Shown here: positions 38,397 through 48,054 of the stretch, in pieces
Position numbering within the stretch: position 1 is the first letter of the stretch
Layout of the letters: the number at the start of each line of letters is the position of its first letter
DNA from: an uncultured Alphaproteobacteria bacterium
GTDB taxonomy: Bacteria; Pseudomonadota; Alphaproteobacteria; Geminicoccales; Geminicoccaceae
NCBI GenBank assembly: GCA_963735065.1
Contig: CAVTJL010000001.1
Location: 1,894,848-1,958,847, forward strand
Length of the DNA: 64,000 nucleotides
Reading direction: 5' to 3'
Made by a program: the position numbers and the translations under genes
Notes under the pieces: generated by a model
What the model was told of the DNA's origin: nothing
The model's database searches: none
What the model saw: only the letters and a program-made list of their open reading frames with translations

Positions 38397-39236
38397 CTAG
38401 CAGAGACCTGCGGCAGGTGCCTCCACGGGCTTGCGCGCCACGAAGTGGAACCAGAAGATCCCCTTCTTGTCGGTCGCGTCGTCGACCGGGCGGCCCTCAT
38501 AGTTGTCAAAGACAATCTCGGTGTTGAAGCCCACCGAGGCGAGCTGGCGCCTTTGCTCCTCGAAGGTGGTATAGACGATCACGATGCCGAAATTGTGGGC
38601 TGCGGCATTCTTGATCGAGTAGCCGTCGAACTCACGGTTGAGCTGACGGTACCGCCGGTGGTTGAGGAAGGAGGAGGAGGCGAAGCGGGCGAACTTCAGT
38701 ATTCGCCAGCCCAGCTTGAGGGGATGGGCGGTGAGGTGAAGCATGCCGAGGCCGAGGCTCTCGCTGTGCCCCGGGCCATCTCGGTTGTGGGCCGATACGA
38801 TGAAGAGGCCTCCAGGCTCTAGGACGCGATAGACCTCGCGCAGGATCTTCATCCGGCCGTCATAGTCGACGGCATCGATTCCGTTGAAGCTGAAGACGAC
38901 CAGGAACTTCGAGCCGTCGGCAAAGGCCGAGAGGTCGCGGGCGTCGCCATGCTCGATATGCGCGTCGGGGTGATTGCGGCGGCACAGCGCTACCATCTCC
39001 GGCGTGTAGTCGATGCCGACATAGTCCCTGCTGATCTCGCGGAGGACGGCGGTGGTCCGGCCGCCACCGACCCCCATGTCGAGAATGGGCTTGCCCCTGG
39101 CCTCCTCGGCCACCCAAGCGGTGGCCTCGCGCTCGCCAGCGTCCGTCCATCCCGAGAGGGTGGCGAACTGGCTTTGCGCATCCCGCGACTTCCAGGCCTG
39201 TCGGTTGATGCTGTCTAGGTCCTGCAAGCTGCCCAT
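38397..39236 (-). CDS. Class I SAM-dependent methyltransferase
   Basis: Motif I is ILDMGVGGGRTT, with a later LEPGGLFIV motif. It has lower-GC codon usage than its neighbours and is followed upstream by an AT-rich segment. Confidence 0.8.
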   Translation of the reverse strand: MGSLQDLDSINRQAWKSRDAQSQFATLSGWTDAGEREATAWVAEEARGKPILDMGVGGGRTTAVLREISRDYVGIDYTPEMVALCRRNHPDAHIEHGDARDLSAFADGSKFLVVFSFNGIDAVDYDGRMKILREVYRVLEPGGLFIVSAHNRDGPGHSESLGLGMLHLTAHPLKLGWRILKFARFASSSFLNHRRYRQLNREFDGYSIKNAAAHNFGIVIVYTTFEEQRRQLASVGFNTEIVFDNYEGRPVDDATDKKGIFWFHFVARKPVEAPAAGLC

Positions 39237-39687
39237 CTCCCAGCCCTTTCTCGCGTGACGCCCGCACCGATCGAGAGATCGGCAGCCAGGGGCTCCTTGC
39301 AGGTGAGCAGACTATCAGTATCGCCACCAAAGACTACCGTTATTCTTACTTATTGCCTGTGCATTCGGTCATTTTTATTTCGTTACTGGCGATGTCGCGC
39401 GGAGGTATATCGCTCCTACATTGCGAGTTCTCCGTCTATTGATTATAGATGTCTAATCTTTAACACGACGCGAGCTGACCGGATGCTCGCTGGGCATGCC
39501 GGCATAATGTGGTCGATCGCTATCGAGCAGTAGGGAGCAAGGCGTCGTCCGCTGCGCTCGGGGCCGTCTCCGATCAGGCCATGGCCGTAATACTAGCCAG
39601 GCTCTTGGGCTCTCTTGACCGCGCATCGCTGCTGTCGGACGCTCACTGTCTCATCGACGCCAAGCGGTCCGGCGGAGCGTCGATGCG

Positions 39688-40503
39688 GTGATGGTGGCGT
39701 CGGGGAGATGGCGGTTGGCAACAGAGCTGGCAGGCAAGGTCGTGGTCATCACCGGCGGCAGCCGGGGCATCGGCCGGGGGATTGCGCTGGGCTTCGCGCG
39801 GGAGGGAGCCGAGACGGTGATCGCCGCTCCGACGCCCGCGCATCTCGAGGAGGCGCGAGATGCCATAGCAGCCGCGACGGGCTTCACGCCGATGATCCAT
39901 GCGGTGGATTTGAGGACCGTCGCCGGGTGCGAGAGCCTGCATGCGGCGGTGGCACGGCGGCACGGCCGGTGCGACGTCTTGGTCAACTCGGCCGGAGCGA
40001 CGCGGGCCGGTGCCTTCCTCAACCTGCCGGACGCTCTCTGGGGTGACGGCTTCGACCTCAAATTCTTCGGCTGTGTCCGCCTCTGCCGCCTGTTCTGGCC
40101 GATGCTCGAGGCGGCCAAGGGACACGTGATCAACATCATCGGCGGTGCCGCGCGCACACCCGACCCCGAGTTCATGATCGGCGGCGCCGTCAATGCGGCG
40201 ATGGCCAACTTCACGAAAGCCCTGGCCGGTCTCGGCAAGCGGAGCGGGGTGAACGTCAACGCCATCCTGCCCGGCCTGACCGAGACCGAGCGCGTCGAGC
40301 AGCTCTTCGCGGAGCGTGCTGCGGCGACCGGGCGCACGGTGGAGGACGTTCGCGCCCAGCAGATTCGGGACTCCGGCCTGCGGCGTCTCGGCCAGCCCGA
40401 GGACATCGCCGAGCTGGCGCTCTTCCTCTGCTCAGAGCGGGCACGGCACATTCAGGGCACCGCCATCGCCGTCGACGGTGGCCAGACGCCGGGAGTCTAC
40501 TAA
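39688..40503 (+). CDS. SDR family oxidoreductase
   Basis: KVVVITGGSRGIG (TGxxxGIG), NSAG and a C-terminal IAVDGG. TTG 39715, preceded by GGGGAGA, is a plausible alternative start. Confidence 0.9.
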   Translation: MMVASGRWRLATELAGKVVVITGGSRGIGRGIALGFAREGAETVIAAPTPAHLEEARDAIAAATGFTPMIHAVDLRTVAGCESLHAAVARRHGRCDVLVNSAGATRAGAFLNLPDALWGDGFDLKFFGCVRLCRLFWPMLEAAKGHVINIIGGAARTPDPEFMIGGAVNAAMANFTKALAGLGKRSGVNVNAILPGLTETERVEQLFAERAAATGRTVEDVRAQQIRDSGLRRLGQPEDIAELALFLCSERARHIQGTAIAVDGGQTPGVY

Positions 40504-40522
40504 CCCTGCGCCAGCCTCATGC

Positions 40523-43500
40523 TCACTCTGCCACGTCGGCAAGCGTATGCCCTTGCTCAAGCATCGCGAGGGCTTCCTCGCTGGGTAGGGGCCGGCTCAG
40601 CAGGAAGCCCTGCATCTCTTGGCAGCCGTAGCTCTTGAGAAGTCTCAGCTGGCGGACCGTCTCCACACCCTCGGCGACGAGCTTGAGACCAAGGCTCCGT
40701 CCGAGCCCGACGACGCCCTGCGCCAAGGTCGCGGAATTGGGGTCGCGGTCGATGTCCAGGATGAAGGTGCGGTCGATCTTGAGCGACCGGATCGGAAAGG
40801 TGCGGAGGTAGGACAGCGACGAATAGCCGGTGCCGAAGTCGTCGATCGCCAGATGCACGCCCAGGCCGGTCAGCTCCTTCAGCCGCCGCACCGAGGCCGT
40901 GGCCTCGCGCATGACGACGCTCTCGGTGATCTCAAGCTCGAGCGAGGAGGGTCGAAGCCCGGTCTCGGCCAGCGTCCGCCCGACCATCTCGACAAGGTCG
41001 GCCTGCTGGAACTGACGGCCTGATAGATTGACGGCAAGGCGGAGGTCCGTGCGGCCGAGCCGGCGATGCCAGCGCGCCATCTCGGCAGCGGCGGTCCGCA
41101 GCACCCAGGACCCGATCTCGACAATGAGCCCAGTCTCCTCGGCGACCGGGATGAAATCGCTTGGGGGCACGACGCCAAGGGCAGGGTCGATCCAACGGAT
41201 CAGGGCCTCGACGCCGACGATCGCACCGGTCTCGAGGCTTGCTTGAGGCTGGTAGTAGACGACGAAGTCGCCGTTCTCGAGCGCCCGCCTGAGGCGGCTC
41301 TCGAGCATCAGGCGCTCGATCGCCGTCGCGTTCATGTCGGTCGTATAGAACTGGAAGTGACTGCGACCCTGCTCCTTCGCGCGGGAGAGCGCCGTGTCGG
41401 CGTTCTTGATCAGCGCCTCCGGCGTATCGCCGTCGTGTGGAAACAGGGCTATGCCGATGCTTGCCGCCACCGTCAGCTCGTGCCCACCCACCGCCAAAGG
41501 CGGACGGAGCGCGACCAGCAGCTTCTGGGCCACCTTGGCGACGGATCCAGCCAACTCGATACCGGCGAGGAGAAGCAGGAACTCGTCCCCGCCCAGCCGC
41601 GCCACCGTGTCACTGCTGCGGACCGCTTGGGCCAGGCGCTCGGCCACCACCTTCAGGACCTGATCACCCCTCTCCAGTCCGAGTGAGTCGTTGATGATCT
41701 TGAATCGGTCGAGCCCAACGAGCATCACCGCAAACATCTGACGGGTGCGCCGGCCGCGCTCTACCGCCTGCGCCAGTCGGTCATGGAAGAGAATCCGGTT
41801 GGGCAGGCCGGTCAGCGTGTCGTGATAGGCCAGACGTGCCAGGGTCTCCTCGGTGTGCGCCCGCAGCGTGAGATCGCGGATGACGAGAGCGAAGCGACGT
41901 CGCCCTTTGCCGAAGGCCCGGCCGGTCACCTCCACGGGGAAGAGCTCGCCGGTGGTGCGCCGGGCACGAAGCGCGGGTGCGGCGGCGCTCGCTGGCCCCT
42001 CGCTGACCAAGCTTTCGAGAAGACGCCGGCCATCGTCCTCCGCGCGCTCGAAGAGCGGCTCGATCGGTTGGCCTACGAGCGTCTCGCCCCGTCGTCCGAG
42101 CATCAGCTCCGCGGCACCGCTCGCCCATTCGACCACCCCAGCCGCATCGACGGTAACGACCGCCTCGGAAAGGCCCTCCAGAATCATTTCCAAAGGGGCG
42201 CCGTCAGGACGGCTTGGCCCGTGCGGGGTTGAGGCCTCCCTCGGCTCGAGCAGCATGCCGAGGAGCCACATGCCACCCTCGGGCCGCTCGAGTGCTGCCA
42301 GCTGGATGCGGAACTCTGGGACGGGCCATCGGTCGGCATCGAGGGACAGCTCTGCCTCGATAGGGGAGCCCGGTGCTGCCAGCACGGCCGCGACTGCCGC
42401 CTCAAGCCTTGCCCGATTGGCTGCGCCCGCCGCCTCGTCGAGGAGGGAACGGCCGGCCATGTTCTCGAGCGGTAGACGCAGGTGCTTGATCAGAGGCTCC
42501 GTCGCTCCCTCCACGCGGCCGGAGGGCGACAGGACAAGCAACGGGAGGCCTAGGCCGGCCAGAAGATCGAGCGGCAGGCGCGGCTGAGGTGGGGTTGGCG
42601 TCGCACGCTGCCCATCGACCGTGGTGATCTCTGCCGGACGGAACAGAGCTATGGCTCGGCCTCTGTCAAAGCGCGCCATCGTGACCTCGACGGCCTCACT
42701 CCCCTTGCCGAGCGGCCAGTCGAAGCGAGCCGCTGCCTCCTCGGAGCTCGCAAAAGCCTCGTCGACAAGAGCCAGCCACTCGTCGACCAAGCCAGGCGGC
42801 AGGACCGTTTCCACATCCGCTCCGACCAACGCGCCTATCGCGTGGGCCAGTGGCGTGGCTGGCGCCGTTCCTGCCCAGCAGATTGTTCCGCGATCGTCGA
42901 CGAGGCAGGCGAGTTGATGGAGTTGCGCGCCGAGCACTTCTGCGATCCGCGCCTGGGCTGAAAGGACCTCGTCGGCCTGCGGTTGCTCGGCGTCGGCGAG
43001 CCCGCCGACCACTCCCAGAACAAGCCTGTCGTCGGCGTTGACGATGGGACGGGCGCTGTCTCGCACGCGACGGACCGTCCCCGAGCGTTCGCGCAGGCGG
43101 TAGGTGGCGAGACCGGCCGTGCCACCGAGCAGGGCTTGGTTGCGATGGCGCAGCTCAGAACGGTCCTCCGTCACAACGAGCGCAGTGAGGCCGCCAAGCG
43201 CCGCGAGCTCCGAGTAGGTGTAGCCGGTCAGCTCCTCGAGCCGCGGATCGGCCCAGGTGAGCACGAGCCGGAGATCATCCTCGACACGGAGGACGTAAAG
43301 GGCCTCGGTAACGACACCGGCGAGGCGTTCCGCGCCGGCGACCAGCCGTTCGACGATCTCGTCGCTTGTGTCGGAAGCTGGGGCCGTTGCCACGAAGAGC
43401 GCGAGCAGCTCGTCAGGTCCGCCGAGAGGCTGGAGGCGCACCTCGAAGGAACGGTCGCCCTCGGCCGACGTCCCGAGTGACATCCGTCCGGCGAAGACGC

Positions 43501-43711
43501 TGCTCTCGGCGATCGCAGAGAGCAGCTTTACGAAGTGCTCGCCGGGTGCGCTGCTGGGCCTGAGGACGCGGAGGCTGCGGCCGACAATCCTTTCGGGCGC
43601 GTGGCCCGTCAGCGCTGCCAGTCGCCGGCTAGCATAGACGATCTCGGGTGATCGGCGAGCCTCGCTACCTCGACGCAGGAGAAGGCAGCCTTCTCGCGCG
43701 TGATCCAGCAT
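40523..43711 (-). CDS. Multi-PAS diguanylate cyclase/phosphodiesterase (GGDEF + EAL)
   Basis: ORF 40523..44035. It has an intact GGDEF (RLGGDEFLLL) and the EAL-domain motifs EALIRW, DDFGTGYSSL and QGF. The first ~108 codons of the ORF are Arg-rich low complexity, so ATG 43711 (MLDHAREG) is preferred as the start. Confidence 0.85.
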   Translation of the reverse strand: MLDHAREGCLLLRRGSEARRSPEIVYASRRLAALTGHAPERIVGRSLRVLRPSSAPGEHFVKLLSAIAESSVFAGRMSLGTSAEGDRSFEVRLQPLGGPDELLALFVATAPASDTSDEIVERLVAGAERLAGVVTEALYVLRVEDDLRLVLTWADPRLEELTGYTYSELAALGGLTALVVTEDRSELRHRNQALLGGTAGLATYRLRERSGTVRRVRDSARPIVNADDRLVLGVVGGLADAEQPQADEVLSAQARIAEVLGAQLHQLACLVDDRGTICWAGTAPATPLAHAIGALVGADVETVLPPGLVDEWLALVDEAFASSEEAAARFDWPLGKGSEAVEVTMARFDRGRAIALFRPAEITTVDGQRATPTPPQPRLPLDLLAGLGLPLLVLSPSGRVEGATEPLIKHLRLPLENMAGRSLLDEAAGAANRARLEAAVAAVLAAPGSPIEAELSLDADRWPVPEFRIQLAALERPEGGMWLLGMLLEPREASTPHGPSRPDGAPLEMILEGLSEAVVTVDAAGVVEWASGAAELMLGRRGETLVGQPIEPLFERAEDDGRRLLESLVSEGPASAAAPALRARRTTGELFPVEVTGRAFGKGRRRFALVIRDLTLRAHTEETLARLAYHDTLTGLPNRILFHDRLAQAVERGRRTRQMFAVMLVGLDRFKIINDSLGLERGDQVLKVVAERLAQAVRSSDTVARLGGDEFLLLLAGIELAGSVAKVAQKLLVALRPPLAVGGHELTVAASIGIALFPHDGDTPEALIKNADTALSRAKEQGRSHFQFYTTDMNATAIERLMLESRLRRALENGDFVVYYQPQASLETGAIVGVEALIRWIDPALGVVPPSDFIPVAEETGLIVEIGSWVLRTAAAEMARWHRRLGRTDLRLAVNLSGRQFQQADLVEMVGRTLAETGLRPSSLELEITESVVMREATASVRRLKELTGLGVHLAIDDFGTGYSSLSYLRTFPIRSLKIDRTFILDIDRDPNSATLAQGVVGLGRSLGLKLVAEGVETVRQLRLLKSYGCQEMQGFLLSRPLPSEEALAMLEQGHTLADVAE

Positions 43712-44088
43712 GCCTTCGAGGTCTATTCGCCCGCTCACGGAGGGGCTCACCTCGACCGAGGCGTGCGCTCCGTCCAACCCGCGGCGCCGCGAGCCATGCG
43801 ACGGCTCTCGCTGCGCTCGGGCCGGCGCCCCTTTGTGGTGTTTCCGCAGGGCCGAGCTGCCTGCACCCGCGTTCCTCCGCTCGCCCACGCGAGCACGCCG
43901 AGCCGCATCGTTGCCGGCGGTCGGTTTGTTGTTGTCGTCGACAGGCCGTCGGGGAGCGCATCTAGCCGCCGCATCTCGGCGGGAACGACCCCTTCCGCAT
44001 CTGACCGAGGTCGGCGCCTGAGTCAGCAGGTGCATTCAACCAGAAATGGCTAAGTGGAGGAAGATCGACTGTGAAATGGGGAATATCG

Positions 44089-45576
44089 CTAGGTCGCGTC
44101 GAGCTCACGGCGCACTTGTGGCAGCAGATCGGCCAGGTCCTCGGCGATGAGCCCTTCGCCGGCACGAGCGCCTAAGGCCGCGTGCAGCCACACGGCTGCA
44201 GCCGCCGCCTCGAAGGCAGCCACTCCCTGTGCGAGGAGGCCGAGCGTTATTCCCGCCAGCACGTCACCGGTGCCGGCGGTAGCGAGCGCCGGCGGAGCTT
44301 GGCCCATGACGGCCGCTCGGCCATCCGGTGCGGCAACGACCGTGTCGGCGCCTTTGAGCACGACGATGGCGCCGCTGGCAGCAGCAGCGGCCTGAGCGCG
44401 GGCCAAGCGGCTGCCCGTCGCCGTGAACAGACGGGCAAACTCGCCATCGTGCGGCGTAAGTACGCAGTTACGATGGAGCAACCCGAAGAGCTGCTCAGGG
44501 TTCTCGGCGAAGCTCGAGAGCGCGTCCGCGTCGAGCACGACGGGCTTGCCCTTGGTGAGGGCCACCTCGGCGAGGTCGCGGGTAGCCTTGCCCACCCCCT
44601 GACCCGGCCCGAGCAGCACAGCGCTCATCCGCCGATCGCCGAAGAGCGCCTCGAGACCCGCCGGCCCGTTGATCGGCTTGGTCATGATCGTGGTCAGCTG
44701 CGCAGCATAGACGGAGAGGTCGCCGGGCGCACAGCCGATGCTGACGAGGCCGGCCCCCGCTCTTAGCGCGGCCCGGGCGGCCAGACGGGCCGCGCCGGTC
44801 GCAGAGGCCGGGCCTCCCGTAACGAGCGCATGGCCGAAAGTGTACTTGTGGGACTCAGGGGTGCGTGCAGGCAGTGCGCTGTGCCAGAGTTGCGGCACGT
44901 TCTGCCAGAGACCTATCTGACGCTCGGCAACGATGCTTTCGGGAATGCCGATGTCGACGATCTCGAGCCGGCCCGTGCGGAGCCGGCCGGGCAAAAGGTA
45001 GTGGCCGGGCTTGGCCCGACAGAAGGTGACCGTGAGCTGTGCCCCAATGGCCGGCCCCTCGATGGAGCCTGTAGCTCCATCGACGCCCGAGGGAATGTCG
45101 ATGGCGACCACGGCCCTCGACTCGGCGGCGATCCGCGCCACCAGATGGGCGGCGAGGCCGCCAAGCGGGCGGGCGAGCCCGGCTCCGAACAGGGCGTCGA
45201 CGACAAGGCTCTCGCTACCCAGCGCGTCCTCGCTCTGAGCCACCTCGATTGGTCCTGCCCAGGCGGCAGCCATCGTCGCCGCGTCGCCCCTGAGCGCTGC
45301 CGGCTCGACCAGCGAGATGAGGCGCACCGGCCAGCCGACTGCGTGCAGCAGACGGGCGACGACATAGCCGTCGCCGCCATTGTTGCCGGGGCCGCAAAGC
45401 ACCAGCGTGGGCTGTGGGGGAAAGGAGGTGGTGATCGCGCGCGTGACAGCGCGGCCTGCATTCTCCATCAACCGGAGGCCGGGTATGCCGCTCGCGATCG
45501 TCGCGCCGTCGACCTCTCCCATCACCTTGGGAGGCAGCAGAACGGCCCCCGGCGCCGGAATCGCCGCCGGCATCAC
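44089..45576 (-). CDS. nnr: Bifunctional NAD(P)H-hydrate repair enzyme (epimerase/ADP-dependent dehydratase)
   Basis: An N-terminal YjeF_N domain (CGPGNNGGDGYV) and a C-terminal carbohydrate-kinase domain (GPGQG...TAGTGDVLAG). Confidence 0.9.
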   Translation of the reverse strand: MMPAAIPAPGAVLLPPKVMGEVDGATIASGIPGLRLMENAGRAVTRAITTSFPPQPTLVLCGPGNNGGDGYVVARLLHAVGWPVRLISLVEPAALRGDAATMAAAWAGPIEVAQSEDALGSESLVVDALFGAGLARPLGGLAAHLVARIAAESRAVVAIDIPSGVDGATGSIEGPAIGAQLTVTFCRAKPGHYLLPGRLRTGRLEIVDIGIPESIVAERQIGLWQNVPQLWHSALPARTPESHKYTFGHALVTGGPASATGAARLAARAALRAGAGLVSIGCAPGDLSVYAAQLTTIMTKPINGPAGLEALFGDRRMSAVLLGPGQGVGKATRDLAEVALTKGKPVVLDADALSSFAENPEQLFGLLHRNCVLTPHDGEFARLFTATGSRLARAQAAAAASGAIVVLKGADTVVAAPDGRAAVMGQAPPALATAGTGDVLAGITLGLLAQGVAAFEAAAAAVWLHAALGARAGEGLIAEDLADLLPQVRRELDAT

Positions 45577-45589
45577 GTCCTCCCGGAGC

Positions 45590-46093
45590 TCAGACCACCC
45601 GATAGCGCGCCTGGGCCGCGCGTTCGATCGCGGCCGCCACGAGCCGCTCGATGTGAAGCTTGTGACGAATCATCTCAAGCAGCCGAAGCTCGTCCTGGAC
45701 CGCCTTGCCGTCGGCTGCGGCGACGTCGCACGCTAGCGTATAGGCCGTCTCGCGGAGCGGCGCTGGCAGCGCTTTGGCGATCATGTCGAGCGCGATGTCG
45801 AGGCCGTCCTCCTGGCGAAGCAGATCCGCGCACTCCTGGCCAATGTCGGCCACGCGGTCCCGCTCGAACGTGGCGAAAACGGGTAGCGTCCGAACGAGGC
45901 GGCCCATCACCTCGAGCTCCGAATCGGTCATCCGTCCTTCCGCCGCCGCAACCAGGACCATCGTGTAGATCAGCGCAGCGTGGCGGTCGATGCTGCGCGC
46001 CGCCTGAGCGCGCTCCTCTTTTTCCATCCCCTCGATCCGCATCCATTCCATAGACTGGCCAAGATACATGCTGATGCCGGAGGGAAAACGCAA
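45590..46093 (-). CDS. TerB-family (tellurite-resistance-like) protein
   Basis: The repeated D/E-capped helix pattern (AAAEGRMTDSELEVM... and AAADGKAVQDELRLLEMI) is typical of TerB-like domains. The start is uncertain because there are several in-frame ATGs between 46027 and 46093. Confidence 0.55.
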   Translation of the reverse strand: MRFPSGISMYLGQSMEWMRIEGMEKEERAQAARSIDRHAALIYTMVLVAAAEGRMTDSELEVMGRLVRTLPVFATFERDRVADIGQECADLLRQEDGLDIALDMIAKALPAPLRETAYTLACDVAAADGKAVQDELRLLEMIRHKLHIERLVAAAIERAAQARYRVV

Positions 46094-47019
46094 TGACGGC
46101 CGTCATCCCGAGCGAAGAGGTCGCGGCGGCGCTGCGTGACGGGACGCCGGTCGTCGCGCTCGAGACCACGCTGATCGCGCACGGTATTCCGCGTCCCAGG
46201 AACCTTCATCTGGCTCGGTCGATCGAGGCCGCGGTGCGGGCCGCCGGCGCTGTGCCGGCGACGATCGGGCTCATCGACGGGGAAATCCGCATCGGTCTCG
46301 ACGCGGCCGGTCTCGAGCGGATCGCGGAGGCGCCTGACGTCGCGAAGTGCTCCACGCGGGACCTGGCGCCGGTGCTGGCCCGGCGGGGCCTCGGCGCGAC
46401 GACAGTGGCTGCCACCATGTATGCCGCGGCACGGGTCGGGATCAGGGTGATGGCGACGGGAGGGCTGGGTGGCGTGCATCGTGGCGGGGAGGCGAGCCTC
46501 GACGTCTCGGCCGACCTGCTGGAGCTGCGAAGAAGCCCGATGGCGGTAGTCTGCAGTGGCGCCAAGATGGTCCTGGATCTCCCGCGCACGCTCGAGGTGC
46601 TCGAGAGCCAGGGGGTGACGGTGGTCGGGTATGGCACGGCTGACCTCCCGGGATTTTATTGCCGCGAGACTGGCATCTCGATCCCACGGGTCGACGGGCT
46701 GGGCGGGCTCGTTGCTCTCCTGCATAGCCAAGCCTTGCTCGGTTGGCCCAGTGGCATCGTCGTCGCCAACCCGCCCCCCGCGGCGCTGGCACTTTGCCGG
46801 TCGGAGATGGAGAGCCTCGTCGAGGAGGCTCTGAGGGAGGCGCATCGACAGAAGATCCACGGCCCGGCCGAGACGCCGTTCCTATTGGCCGAGCTGGCCC
46901 GATCCAGCGGTGGGCGCACGGTTCGCGTGAACGAGGGCCTTGTCCTGGCCAACGCACAGCTGGCTGCCGAGCTTTCGGTTGCCTTCGCTGCGGTCGGGGC
47001 GCCGAAGGTCGTGGTCTAA
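46093..47019 (+). CDS. psuG: Pseudouridine-5'-phosphate glycosidase
   Basis: VVALETTLIAHG, TGGLGGVHRG and VVCSGAKMVLD are conserved PsuG (IndA) blocks. Confidence 0.9.
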   Translation: MTAVIPSEEVAAALRDGTPVVALETTLIAHGIPRPRNLHLARSIEAAVRAAGAVPATIGLIDGEIRIGLDAAGLERIAEAPDVAKCSTRDLAPVLARRGLGATTVAATMYAAARVGIRVMATGGLGGVHRGGEASLDVSADLLELRRSPMAVVCSGAKMVLDLPRTLEVLESQGVTVVGYGTADLPGFYCRETGISIPRVDGLGGLVALLHSQALLGWPSGIVVANPPPAALALCRSEMESLVEEALREAHRQKIHGPAETPFLLAELARSSGGRTVRVNEGLVLANAQLAAELSVAFAAVGAPKVVV

Positions 47020-47109
47020 AGGTAGAATATACTTGACGCAATTCTCCTTTGTGGAGAGCCTCGATGGGGTTGGGCGGAGGCATCACAGGAACGGGCTGGC
47101 AATGCCGCC

Positions 47110-47868
47110 ATGAGAACCGGTCGGCGCGTGCTGATTGTGGGCGACCCGGCGCTCAGCCGAGGGCTGATCAAGATGGTCCTCTCGAATCTGGGCTATGTCG
47201 TGTCGGTCGTGGCCGATGGGGCTGAGGCGGTGGCGATGCTGACGCACTCGCGCTTCGCGCTGGTGATGATCGCGCTGCAGCTGCCTGACGGATCGGGCAC
47301 GGTATTGGCGCGGCGGCTGCGCGAGGCCCTCGGATCCGACGACGACTCCCCAATCCTCCTGTTTGGTGATGCCTGGGACCGGGAGGCGTTGGCGCGTGAG
47401 TGCCGCAGTGCCGGGGTCAGCGCCTATCTCGAGAAGCCAATCTCGATCGGGCGGCTCGTGAAGGCCGTCCGCGAGCTCACTCAGCTGGAGCCGGCCGGAG
47501 CTGGAAGGGAGGTCATCTTGTCGTCGAAGAGCAGCCCCGTCGACATGGTTCATCTAAACTCCTTCACGAACGGTGATCTGCAACTAGAGCGCGAGCTGGG
47601 CTCGCTCTTTCTCTCAACTGCCGTTCATTATGTGGAGGAGATGCGCCAGGGTTTGGTCGCGCCCGACAGCTGGCAGCGGGCTGCGCACGCGCTCAAGGGA
47701 GCCAGCGCCGGCCTCGGCGCCGTCGATCTTGCCGAGATTGCCGGGGAAGCGGAGCGAGCCGAGCCGTCCGAGGCGACGCTCGGCCAGATCGTCCGGCATG
47801 TCGATCGTGTACGGAAGTTTCTTGCCTGCCGTGGCCACGAGATGAAGGAGGTCACCAGCGGCGGATGA
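47110..47868 (+). CDS. Receiver-like (REC) domain fused to an Hpt phosphotransfer domain; the receiver lacks the phospho-acceptor Asp
   Basis: The REC fold pattern is present (VLIVGDP...ADGAEAV...LVMIALQLPDGSG...YLEKP), but Ala occupies the position of the phosphorylatable Asp and Gly the position of the conserved Thr/Ser. The C-terminal Hpt motif AHALKGASAGLGA is intact. Confidence 0.75.
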   Translation: MRTGRRVLIVGDPALSRGLIKMVLSNLGYVVSVVADGAEAVAMLTHSRFALVMIALQLPDGSGTVLARRLREALGSDDDSPILLFGDAWDREALARECRSAGVSAYLEKPISIGRLVKAVRELTQLEPAGAGREVILSSKSSPVDMVHLNSFTNGDLQLERELGSLFLSTAVHYVEEMRQGLVAPDSWQRAAHALKGASAGLGAVDLAEIAGEAERAEPSEATLGQIVRHVDRVRKFLACRGHEMKEVTSGG

Positions 47869-48054
47869 CCGTCACACAGACGCGGCGGCAGCCGTTGGAA
47901 TGCGGCAACAGGGGCGAGCGGCCGCTGCCTGCAAGGCCAGAATTCCCTTGATTCGCCTTAGGGTTTCGCCTGTTATCGGCGGCACCGCCTCGGCGGCGAT
48001 GAAGCAGTTTGCTCGTTACTTTATATGCAGGGCGCACGCCCAATAGCGACTTAG

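Noticed and set aside
43712-44035. N-terminal 108 codons of the 1170-aa GGDEF-EAL ORF
   Set aside because: This stretch is Arg/Ala/Gly-rich low complexity without domain features. PAS-like sequence begins right after Met-109, so it is treated as 5' leader rather than coding, though this is not proven.
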